From an uncultured Myxococcales bacterium (GTDB lineage: Bacteria; Myxococcota_A; UBA9042; PHBI01; JAAZYN01): a stretch of 60,323 bases of DNA. The first letter of the stretch is position 1. Each line of letters starts with the position of its first letter. Shown piece after piece: positions 27,592 through 35,822 of the stretch. Location of the stretch: NCBI GenBank assembly GCA_964478315.1, contig CAYZID010000003.1, positions 1 through 60,323 of the forward strand, written 5' to 3'. The translations under genes and the position numbers were made by a program. Below the pieces are notes generated by a model that worked only from the letters and a program-made list of their open reading frames with translations, was not told where the DNA came from and made no database searches.

Positions 27592-28836
27592 CTACTTGGT
27601 CGTGCCCGTGGCGGGCTTCGCGGCGGGCTTGGCCGGGGTCGCCGGCTTCACGGCCGGACGCGCCACCGGCGTCGGCTTCTTCGCCCCGGCGCGCGGGGGC
27701 GGCTCCGGCAAGAACTTCTCGATCTTGGCCGCCTTCTGTAGGTCGCTCAGGAGCTTGCGCCGCTCCTGGAAGAACTTCTTGTTCTTGAGGCTCTGGATGA
27801 TCTGATCCTTCACCTCGGCGAAGGGCTTCTTGCGCTCCTCGCGCTTGTCCACGACCTTGATGATGTGGAACCCGAAGCGGGTGCGCACGGGGCCCGAGAC
27901 CTCTCCCTTCTTCATCTTGAAGGCGGCGTCCTCGAAGGGCTTGACCATCTGGCCCTTGCCGAAGAATCCCAGGTCTCCGCCCTTGGGCGCCGAGGGACCC
28001 TCGGACATCTTCTTGGCGACCTCGGCGAAGTCCTTGCCGCTCTTGAGCTCCTTTTGGATCTGCTTGACCTTGGCCATGGCCGCCTCCTCCTGCTCCTTGG
28101 TCGCCTTCTGGGGGACCTTGACCAGGATGTGGCGCGCGTGGACGCCGGCCTTCTCCACGTAGAACCGCTGGTTCTTGTCATAGAAGGCCTTGGCCTCCGC
28201 CTCGTCGACCTTGAGGTTGCCCTTGGCCTCGATGAGCTTCTCCAGCGCCGCCTTGTCCCGCAGGCGCGCCTTGATGGAGTCCACCGTCACCTTGCCGTGG
28301 CGGAGGTAGTTCTGGAACTGCTCCTCGCTCTGGAAGCGCTTCTTGTACTCGTCGAAGGCCTTGTTGAGCTCGGCCTCGCTCACCTCGACCTTGGCCTCCT
28401 TCACGGCCTGGTTGATGAGCTCCTTCTCGATGAGGCGCTTGAGGATGTTCTGCTCGATCCGCGCCAGGCGGTCCGCGGGGATCTTCGCGTTCCGCGCCGT
28501 GATCTTGTCCAGCTCGGCGTAGAAGTCCTTGCTGTCGATGACCGCGCCGTTGACCTTGGCCACGGGCCCCGTGATCCGCGGACGAGGCTTCGGCGCCTCC
28601 TTGGCCGGCTCGGCCTTCTTGGCGTTCGCCTCCTTGGCCGGCTCGGCCTTCTTGGCGCCATCCTTGGCCGGCTCGGCCTTCTTGGCGCCGTCCTTGGCCG
28701 ACGCCGCCTTCTGGGCACCCTGCTGCGCCGCGGGGGCCTTGGAGTTCTTGGCAGCCTGGTCGGCCTTCTTGCCACAGGCGGGCGCCGCGAGGACCAGCGC
28801 GCCGGCGACGAAGGTGAGGATGAGGGTACGGTTCAT
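27592..28836 (-). CDS. parvulin-type peptidyl-prolyl isomerase lipoprotein (SurA/PpiD/PrsA-like)
   Basis: ATG 28836 follows AAGGAAG. Lipobox is VLAAPACG, followed by a K/A/E/P repeat tether. It has a SurA_N-like chaperone region and a rotamase domain (HILV...FAEVAKKMSEGPSAPKGGDLGFF...FGFHIIKV). Confidence 0.85.
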   Translation of the reverse strand: MNRTLILTFVAGALVLAAPACGKKADQAAKNSKAPAAQQGAQKAASAKDGAKKAEPAKDGAKKAEPAKEANAKKAEPAKEAPKPRPRITGPVAKVNGAVIDSKDFYAELDKITARNAKIPADRLARIEQNILKRLIEKELINQAVKEAKVEVSEAELNKAFDEYKKRFQSEEQFQNYLRHGKVTVDSIKARLRDKAALEKLIEAKGNLKVDEAEAKAFYDKNQRFYVEKAGVHARHILVKVPQKATKEQEEAAMAKVKQIQKELKSGKDFAEVAKKMSEGPSAPKGGDLGFFGKGQMVKPFEDAAFKMKKGEVSGPVRTRFGFHIIKVVDKREERKKPFAEVKDQIIQSLKNKKFFQERRKLLSDLQKAAKIEKFLPEPPPRAGAKKPTPVARPAVKPATPAKPAAKPATGTTK

Positions 28837-28898
28837 AGATCTTCCTTTTGGTTCTGGTGGGTTCGGGCGGAAGCTCCCAACGCGCGGAGGCCGGAGCC

Positions 28899-30479
28899 TC
28901 ATTCCCCGGGGCTTTCTTCCAAGGAAGCCTCGACGTGCCAGAAGAACAGGGTGCGCAGCGGGGCCGCCAACGTACGCGTGAGCAGCCCGTGGACCACCGT
29001 GCCGCGCAGCATCTTAGTGAGCAGCACTACGCTGTCAACGACGTCCTGTTCTTCGGTGCGCACCCGCAACGACCGCCGCGCGGCCGCCTGCGCGGCGCGT
29101 CTCCCAGCCAACACCCGGGCGGCCAAGAGCGCCACGCCCGTGCGCAGATCGCCCTGGCGCGCGGGCTCGTGCGCGTACAAGCTCGCGAGCACGGCGTCCC
29201 GCCGCAGCGACAGCGCCTCGGGGTGCGGCACGATCTCGTCCAACGCCCCGCCTTTGGGCCCCAGAGCCGTGACGCGAAGCGCCTCCAGGGCCGCCCGAAC
29301 CCGGGCCCCGTTCACGCCGTCACCGCGCTCCTCGTAGCGGGACGCCAAACCCCCGAGCCCGTCGACCAGCCCACGCACGAGGGACTCGCGCGCGGCCTCC
29401 ACGCCACCGGCGCCCATGTCACCGCCGCCGTCACTGGCCGCGGGCGCGAGTCCCCACACCGCGGGATCCAACCAGCGGGCGCGGGCCGCCTCGCGCCGCT
29501 CCTCGTCCGCTCGCGCCCGTCGACGGAAAGGCTCCACGAGCCGCGCCACGAGGGCCTCGAGATCCGTGGCTCCCAGGACGCCCTCGATGGCCTCCGCGCG
29601 GGCCGCCATCCACCTCTCCACGGGCCAATCGGTCCCGGCGCCCGCGGGCACGGGCGAGGGCAGGTCCAGGACCGGACCACCCTCGCGCAACAGCACGCGC
29701 AGCGACTCCTCTTGGGTCGCGATGGGCCGCCCCGCCTTGCGGGCCCGGTGCCAGGCCCGGCACTCCATGGAGAAGCTCACGTCCACGCCGTCCGGCGTGC
29801 GCGTGAAGGTGTAGGGGAACTGCCGGCAGATGGTGGGCTTCGTGGACGCACCCGCCACCTTGTGGACGAGGCAGAGCTTGTCGTCATCCAGGAAGACGCA
29901 GCGGTCGTTCGTGCGCGCCATGAGCGTGATGGTCTGCCCCTCGTAGCGCACGGGCGCCCGGTAGTCCTCGACGCCGTCCGGCAGCACGTGGGCCCACTGG
30001 GTCTCCGAGGAGCCTCCCTCCAGCCGCGCGAGATCCGCGTCCGTGAGGGGCCCGATGTCGGTGCCCATGCAGCAAGACCCACAAGCGACGCACCCGTGGA
30101 CGAGGTCGCCAGGGGCACGCAAGGGAGCCTGGGCCAAGTTCTCTCGGGGGAGGAGGGGTGGGGCGCTCGCCGTGACCGCCTCCTGGGCGCGGGCGTGGTC
30201 CGTGTCCAGCAGCCCGTGGAGCTCGAACAGGGTCACGCGCGCGTGCAAGGCTTCGGCCGTGGCCCCGACCTCGGCTCCCAGCGCGCGGATGAGCTCGGAG
30301 ACCGGCCGGGGACCGTCGCCCAGCGCTCGAAGCGTCGCCAGGCCCAGGGCGTCCACGGGGACGCGGACGCGGCGCGTGGGGTCCTCGGCGAAGACGCGCC
30401 CGCTGTAGCGGCGCGCGCGGATGGCGTCGCGGAGAGCCGGGACGGTAGGAACTTCGAGAGGACTCGTGGGCTCGGTCAT
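28899..30479 (-). CDS. CxxCxxCC (YkgJ/UPF0153-type) cysteine-cluster protein with extended N- and C-terminal regions
   Basis: Motif HGCVACGSCCMG is followed by DRCVFLDDDKLCLVH and CRQFPY. The protein is 526 aa, whereas this family is usually much shorter. The start ATG overlaps the proB stop (ATGA). Confidence 0.65.
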   Translation of the reverse strand: MTEPTSPLEVPTVPALRDAIRARRYSGRVFAEDPTRRVRVPVDALGLATLRALGDGPRPVSELIRALGAEVGATAEALHARVTLFELHGLLDTDHARAQEAVTASAPPLLPRENLAQAPLRAPGDLVHGCVACGSCCMGTDIGPLTDADLARLEGGSSETQWAHVLPDGVEDYRAPVRYEGQTITLMARTNDRCVFLDDDKLCLVHKVAGASTKPTICRQFPYTFTRTPDGVDVSFSMECRAWHRARKAGRPIATQEESLRVLLREGGPVLDLPSPVPAGAGTDWPVERWMAARAEAIEGVLGATDLEALVARLVEPFRRRARADEERREAARARWLDPAVWGLAPAASDGGGDMGAGGVEAARESLVRGLVDGLGGLASRYEERGDGVNGARVRAALEALRVTALGPKGGALDEIVPHPEALSLRRDAVLASLYAHEPARQGDLRTGVALLAARVLAGRRAAQAAARRSLRVRTEEQDVVDSVVLLTKMLRGTVVHGLLTRTLAAPLRTLFFWHVEASLEESPGE

Positions 30480-31621
30480 GGGGTCCCCTCACCGGTTGGG
30501 GGTTCGGTCGCCGTGTGGATGAGCATGTCGTTGCGGTGGATGACCGGGTCGATGCTGTCCGTCCCCAGCACCCCGCGGATCTGATCCCGCCGGAGCCCCA
30601 TGATCTGCCGCAGAACGCCCGCTGGGATTCCAGCCAGGCCCCGCCCGAGCTCCACGCCGTCGGGCCCCTCGATGGATACCGAGGCCCCGCGCGGGAAGTC
30701 CCCGTGGACGGCCGTCACCCCCACGGGCAAGAGGCTGGACCCCCGGGTCAGCAGCGCCTCGGCCGCGCCGGCGTCCACGCGTACGCCACCCCGCACGCGG
30801 CTCAAGGTGCCGATCCAGTGGCGCCGCCGTGACGCGGGCGAGGAGGAGGCGAGAAACCGCGTGCCCAAGCCAGGCTCCCTCGTCAAGATGCGCCCCAAGA
30901 CCCCAGGGACCGAGCCCCGGGCGAGCACCGTCTCGATGCCCGCGCGCACGGCCAGCGCGGCCGCCTCGACCTTGGAGCGCATCCCGCCGGTCCCCACGGC
31001 GGAGCCAGCGTCCCCCGCGAGGGCGCGCACCGCGCCGTCGATGGCGGGCACGACGCGCAGGGGCGTCGCGGCGGCGTCCTGGCGAGGGTCGCGGTCGTAG
31101 AGGGCGTCCACGTCCGAGAGCAGCACGAGGAGATCCGCCTCGGTGAGGGAGGCGACCGCCGCGGCCAGCCGGTCGTTGTCGCCGAACCGGAGCTCCTCGG
31201 TGGCCACCGAGTCGTTCTCGTTGACGATGGGCACGACGCCGGTGTCCAGGAGCGACCGCAAGGTGTGGCGCACGGCGAGATAGTGGGGGCGCTCGGCGAG
31301 GTCGTCGTGGGTGAGCAGGATCTGCGCGACGTGGACGCCGTGGGCGCCAAACGCCTCCCGGTAGCGCCACAGCAGGTCCACCTGCCCCACGGCGGCGAGG
31401 GCTTGGACCCGCGCGAGCTCCGTGGGGCGTTCGCGAAGGCCCAGGCGCTCCATCCCCGAAGAGACGGCCCCGGACGAGACCACGACGACCTCCACGCCGT
31501 TGGCGCGCGCGGCGACCATCTCGGCCACGAGGGCCGGCAGATCCACGGTCGCGAGCGCCGCGCTGCCGAGCTTTACGACGACGCGCTCGGGCGGGTCCGG
31601 GCGGGGCGACGGGTGGCTCAA
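30476..31621 (-). CDS. proB: glutamate 5-kinase
   Basis: VVVKLGSAAL..., an amino-acid-kinase fold, and a C-terminal PUA domain (GVTAVHGDFPRGASVSIEGPDG). The TTG start overlaps the murA stop. Confidence 0.9.
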   Translation of the reverse strand: MSHPSPRPDPPERVVVKLGSAALATVDLPALVAEMVAARANGVEVVVVSSGAVSSGMERLGLRERPTELARVQALAAVGQVDLLWRYREAFGAHGVHVAQILLTHDDLAERPHYLAVRHTLRSLLDTGVVPIVNENDSVATEELRFGDNDRLAAAVASLTEADLLVLLSDVDALYDRDPRQDAAATPLRVVPAIDGAVRALAGDAGSAVGTGGMRSKVEAAALAVRAGIETVLARGSVPGVLGRILTREPGLGTRFLASSSPASRRRHWIGTLSRVRGGVRVDAGAAEALLTRGSSLLPVGVTAVHGDFPRGASVSIEGPDGVELGRGLAGIPAGVLRQIMGLRRDQIRGVLGTDSIDPVIHRNDMLIHTATEPPTGEGTP

Positions 31622-32910
31622 GCGGGGTCTCGCTGGATGTGAGCCCCGAGGGCGCGGAGCTTCTCGTCCACGCGCTCGTAGCCGCGGTCGATCTGCCGGA
31701 TGTTGTAGATCTCGCTCTGCCCTTTGGCGGCCAAGGCGGCGATGAGCAGGGCCATGCCCGCCCGCACGTCCGGACTCTCCAGCCGCATCCCATAGAGCTG
31801 TGAGGGTCCCACGACGACCACGCGGTGGGGGTCACAGAGGATGATGGACGCCCCCATGTTGATGAGGGCGTCGGTGAAGAACATCCGCCCCTCGAACATC
31901 TTCTCGAAAAACAGCACGGTCCCCTCGGCCTGGGTGGCCACCGTGATGAGGATGGACATGAGGTCGGTGGGGAAGGCCGGCCAGGGGGCGTCGTCGATGC
32001 GGGGGATGGCTCCGTGGAGGTCCCGCCGCACCTTGAGGTCCTGGCCGGGCGCCACGCGCAGGCGGGTGCCGTCGCGCCCATCCTCGAAGGTGGGCTCCAC
32101 GCCCACGCGCCGGAACATGTGGAGGACCATCCGCAGCTCCTCGCGGCGGACGTCGGTGATGGTGATGTCGGAGTTGGTCACGGCGGCGAGGCCCATCCAG
32201 CTCCCGATCTCCAGGTAGTCGGGGCCGATGCTGTGGGTCGTGCCGTGGAGCCGGTCGGCCCCCGTGACGCGGAGCGTGTTCGTGCCGATGCCGCTCACCT
32301 CGGCGCCCATGGTGACGAGCATCCGGCACAAGCCCTGGACGTGGGGCTCGCACGCGGCGTTCATGATGGTGGTCGTCCCGCGGGCCAGCGCGGCGGCCAT
32401 GAGGATGTTCTCGGTGGCGGTGACGGACTGCTCGTCCAGGAAGATCTCCGCGCCCTCCAGGCGATCTGCCTCCAAGCGGTAGGTGTCTCCGAGGTCGAAC
32501 CGCGCGCCCAGGGCCTGGAGCCCGAGCAGGTGGGTGTCCACGCGGCGACGGCCGATGACGTCCCCGCCCGGCGGCGGCAGGTCCACGGCGCCCAGGCGCG
32601 CGACCATGGGCCCGGCGAAGAGGATGGACGCACGGATGCGGCGGCTCAACTCACCCCGCAGGGAGGTGCTGGTGACGTCGCGCGCGGTGATGCGGACGGT
32701 GCCGGGTGCCAGGCGCTCGATGGTCGCGCCCAACTCCTCCAGGATCTCCATCATGACCCGCACATCGGCGATGTCGGGGAGGTTCTTGAGGATGACGGGT
32801 TCGGTGGTCAGCAGGGTGGCGGCCAGCGTCGGGAGCGCCTCGTTCTTGCTCCCGCTGGGACGCACCTCGCCGCTCAGCTCCACCCCGCCCTCGATGACGA
32901 AGCGCTCCAT
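31618..32910 (-). CDS. murA: UDP-N-acetylglucosamine 1-carboxyvinyltransferase (Asp in place of the fosfomycin-target Cys)
   Basis: MERFVIEGGVELSGEVRPSGSKNEALP, with full-length MurA similarity. The active-site loop reads PPGGDVIGRRRVDTH, where E. coli has PGGCxIGARPVDLH. Confidence 0.95.
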   Translation of the reverse strand: MERFVIEGGVELSGEVRPSGSKNEALPTLAATLLTTEPVILKNLPDIADVRVMMEILEELGATIERLAPGTVRITARDVTSTSLRGELSRRIRASILFAGPMVARLGAVDLPPPGGDVIGRRRVDTHLLGLQALGARFDLGDTYRLEADRLEGAEIFLDEQSVTATENILMAAALARGTTTIMNAACEPHVQGLCRMLVTMGAEVSGIGTNTLRVTGADRLHGTTHSIGPDYLEIGSWMGLAAVTNSDITITDVRREELRMVLHMFRRVGVEPTFEDGRDGTRLRVAPGQDLKVRRDLHGAIPRIDDAPWPAFPTDLMSILITVATQAEGTVLFFEKMFEGRMFFTDALINMGASIILCDPHRVVVVGPSQLYGMRLESPDVRAGMALLIAALAAKGQSEIYNIRQIDRGYERVDEKLRALGAHIQRDPA

Positions 32911-32912
32911 GG

Positions 32913-34022
32913 CTACCCCTCCTCGCGGCGGACCGCGCCGCCGTGGATTCGAAAGATGGTGGTCGCGCCGTCGACCTGGATCCACCGCCGATCGGTGGTG
33001 GTGATGAACACCTGCCCGCCGGCCGTGTCCAGGTAGTCCATGAGGCGCCTGTTTCGTTCCTCGTCCAGCTCGCTCGACACGTCGTCTAGCAGCAGCAGTG
33101 GGAACGCGCCAAGCTCCGCCTCCACGCGGGCGAGCTCGGCGATCTTGAGGGCGAGCACGAACGCCCGGTGCTGCCCCTGGCTGGCGAACCGCCGGACGGA
33201 GCGCCCCCCGAGCTCGAACACGACCTCGTCGGTGTGGGGGCCCACGCTCGTGAACCCGCGGCGCCGGTCGCGCTCGTCGCTGGCCTCGAGGGCCTCTCGA
33301 AGCGCGCCTCGCAGGGCGTCTTCCGTGGCGTCCTCCGTCACCCCGGGGGCGCCGCGGTAGCGGAGGTCACCCTCCAGGCCGCCGCCCGTCATGTCCGAGA
33401 GGGCCTGGCGAAACAGTGGCCGCAGGGAGGACACGAAGCGCACCCGGCGCCACAGGACGCGGGCGCCACGGCGAGCGAGCTCGGCGTCGAAGGAGGCGAG
33501 GACGGCGGGGTCCGAGGCGCCACCCGTCCGCAGGAGCTGGTTGCGGCTCTTGAGCGCCTGGACGTAGGCCCGCGCCTCGTCGGCGTACTGCGCCCAGACC
33601 TCGAAGATGGCGCGGTCCAAGAAGCGACGGCGCACGGCGGGGCTCGACTTGGTCACGGACAGGTCGTCCGGCCCGAAGGGGACGACGACCAGGTGGCCGG
33701 CGCTCTCCGAGAGGCGCCGCACCGGATGACCATCCAGGCGGGCCCGGCGGCCCTTGGGGGAGATCTCCAGCTCGAGCTCGCGCCGCACCCCGCCGCGCTC
33801 GAAGGCCCCGAAGACCCGCGCGCGGGGCCTGCCCCAGCGGATGAGGTCGCGCGGCGGCGCGTCGCGGATGCTGCGCAGCGTGGCGACCAACCCCACGGCC
33901 TCCAGGAGGTTGGTCTTGCCCTGCCCGTTGGCGCCCTCGAAGAGGTTGAACCGGGGGCCGGGCTCCACGGTCACCGCTTCGAGGTTCCGCGTGTCTTCGC
34001 AAGCTAGGCGGAGCAGGCGCAT
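32913..34022 (-). CDS. recF: DNA replication/repair protein RecF
   Basis: Walker A FEGANGQGKTNLLEAV, signature/Walker B LLLDDVSSELD. The stop lies 2 nt from the murA start codon. Confidence 0.9.
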   Translation of the reverse strand: MRLLRLACEDTRNLEAVTVEPGPRFNLFEGANGQGKTNLLEAVGLVATLRSIRDAPPRDLIRWGRPRARVFGAFERGGVRRELELEISPKGRRARLDGHPVRRLSESAGHLVVVPFGPDDLSVTKSSPAVRRRFLDRAIFEVWAQYADEARAYVQALKSRNQLLRTGGASDPAVLASFDAELARRGARVLWRRVRFVSSLRPLFRQALSDMTGGGLEGDLRYRGAPGVTEDATEDALRGALREALEASDERDRRRGFTSVGPHTDEVVFELGGRSVRRFASQGQHRAFVLALKIAELARVEAELGAFPLLLLDDVSSELDEERNRRLMDYLDTAGGQVFITTTDRRWIQVDGATTIFRIHGGAVRREEG

Positions 34023-34151
34023 GGGCAACCGGAGGCGGTGACCTCCCCCAACGCCTCCGGCGGAGCGCGGTGTGGGAGGCGGGAGGCGAACGGGCGTGAA
34101 GCACCCGACGCCGGCGGGAGGGCCGGCGCGGAGGCGAGGGGAGTGGGTTGG

Positions 34152-35306
34152 TCAGATGCGCATGGGCATGACGACGAACAGCGAGCCGGGCTCACCGGGG
34201 GCCGTGATGACCGTGGGGCCGTACTCGTCGGAGAGCTCGAAGACGACCTTGTCGCCGCGGATCACCGACAGGACGTCGAGGAGGTAGGTGTAGTTGAACC
34301 CGATGACCACGCCCTCACCCTGGAACTCCACGTCGAGCTCGTCTCGGCCCTCGCCGTAGTCGGGGTTGGAGGTCGTGAAGGCGAGCTGGCCGGGGCTCAG
34401 CTCCATCTTGACGATGTAGGTCTTGCTCGACGTGAGCACCGCGATACGGCGGATGGCGCTCACGAGGCGCGCGCGGTCCACCTCGATACGGATGGGCGAG
34501 CTCGCGGGGATGACGCGCTCGTAGTCGGGGAAGCGGTCTTCGATCTGGCGCACGGTGAACGTCGTGCCGCCGCTTCGGAACAGGACGTCGCCCTTGCCGA
34601 AGGCGACGTCGACGAGGGGGCTGTCGGAGTCCAGGAGGCGCTTGAGCTCGTGCACGCCCTTCTTGTGGACGATGGCCTCGTAGGTCTCCCCGTCGAAGCC
34701 GGCCACCTCCGCGTCGATCTGCACCCGGGACAGCCGGTGCCCGTCGGTGCTCACCCCGGTGAACCGCCCCAACCGCTCGCCGCCCTCGGAGGGCGTCTCC
34801 GGGGAGGGGCTGAGCTTCAAGAAGACCCCGTTGAGGTTCATCCGGGTCTCATCGTCGGAGACGCTGAAGGAGGTCTTGTCGATGATGTCCTTGAGGACGC
34901 CGCGAGGGACGCCGAACCAGCGGGCGTCCTGGTTCACGGCCACGTCCGGGAAGTCCGCGGGGTTGAAGCCCGCGATCTTGAACCGGCTCCGGCCCGAGGT
35001 GATCTCCACCCAGTCGTTGTCCAGCGCACGCAGGTGAACGGCCTTGGAGTCCGCGTTCTTGACGACGTCGTAGAGACCCTTGGCGTTCACGCACGCCGTG
35101 CCGGGCTGGAGGATCTCCGCGGGCAGGTCCGCCTGGAGGACCACATCGAAGTCCGTCCCCACGAGGCGCAGCATCCCGTCTTCGGTCGCCTTCAACAAGA
35201 CGTTGCTGAGCACGTTCGCCGTGCTCTTCTTGTCCACGACCCCTTGGGCCTTGTGCAGCGCACTGAGGAACACGCCCTGCTCTAGCTCGAACTCCATGGT
35301 CGCCAT
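34152..35306 (-). CDS. dnaN: DNA polymerase III beta sliding clamp
   Basis: M(ATM)EFELEQGVFLSALHKAQGVVDKKSTANVLSNVLL, with three-domain clamp similarity to the end (VVMPMRI). Start is ATG 35306 or ATG 35297. Confidence 0.95.
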   Translation of the reverse strand: MATMEFELEQGVFLSALHKAQGVVDKKSTANVLSNVLLKATEDGMLRLVGTDFDVVLQADLPAEILQPGTACVNAKGLYDVVKNADSKAVHLRALDNDWVEITSGRSRFKIAGFNPADFPDVAVNQDARWFGVPRGVLKDIIDKTSFSVSDDETRMNLNGVFLKLSPSPETPSEGGERLGRFTGVSTDGHRLSRVQIDAEVAGFDGETYEAIVHKKGVHELKRLLDSDSPLVDVAFGKGDVLFRSGGTTFTVRQIEDRFPDYERVIPASSPIRIEVDRARLVSAIRRIAVLTSSKTYIVKMELSPGQLAFTTSNPDYGEGRDELDVEFQGEGVVIGFNYTYLLDVLSVIRGDKVVFELSDEYGPTVITAPGEPGSLFVVMPMRI

Positions 35307-35360
35307 GGGACCCACCGCCTTGCGTCGTTCTGGCGTCGTCGTGAGGACTCTCTCAAGAGA

Positions 35361-35590
35361 TCCCTTCATAACAAAGGGGATCCGATCATGAAAGTAGGCC
35401 GTGTGGAGATGTTGACGACAGAAAATTCGTATTGAATTCCAACGAATTAGAATCCACGCAAGGAGGGAAAACCGAGGGGTGGAGGCTGTGGAGAGCTCGT
35501 GGACAACCGCGCCCCACGTCTTCCTCCCCAAGCTGTCCCCAGGTCCTCCCCAAGCTGTCCCCAGGCTATCCCCAGGTCTTCCCCAGGCGG
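35361..35590. promoter_or_regulatory. candidate chromosomal origin (oriC) core: AT-rich block, DnaA-box-like 9-mers and a phased 11-mer array
   Basis: Non-coding dnaA-dnaN spacer. 35411-35455 is 16/45 G+C. DnaA-box-like sites are at 35402-35410, 35450-35458, 35487-35495 and 35498-35506 (CGTGGACAA). Six TCCCCARG 11-mers span 35525-35590. Confidence 0.55.
35525..35590 (+). repeat. six head-to-tail 11-bp units, each starting TCCCCA(A/G)G
   Basis: Units are TCCCCAAGCTG, TCCCCAGGTCC, TCCCCAAGCTG, TCCCCAGGCTA, TCCCCAGGTCT and TCCCCAGGCGG. They start at 35525, 35536, 35547, 35558, 35569 and 35580. The first four also form a 22-bp duplication. Confidence 0.9.
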
Positions 35591-35658
35591 CTCACGACCC
35601 AACCCAAGGGCGCTCCGAGCGCGCGCCCGCACGTTCATCACGCCGCACTTCCTATCGC

Positions 35659-35822
35659 GTTCCCATCCTGAAAAGCCTCCCGTCACCGCGACGGCCGCTG
35701 CACGCACCATGCGCGTCCCCGCAACCACTTGAAGTAGCGCTGCTACTCCGGCGGGTTGCGTGAACGCACCTGGCACGCACATCGACTCGCCGTGGCTCGG
35801 TCCGCCTTTTCAGGATGGGAAC
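35659..35822. repeat. 164-bp imperfect palindrome with 17-bp perfect terminal inverted repeats, flanked by TATCGC direct repeats (MITE-like element or structured RNA)
   Basis: GTTCCCATCCTGAAAAG at 35659-35675 matches CTTTTCAGGATGGGAAC at 35806-35822. TATCGC occurs at 35653-35658 and 35823-35828. An internal 28-position stem pairs 35699-35726 with 35754-35781. The apical hairpin is AGTAGC-gct-GCTACT at 35733-35747. Confidence 0.6.
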
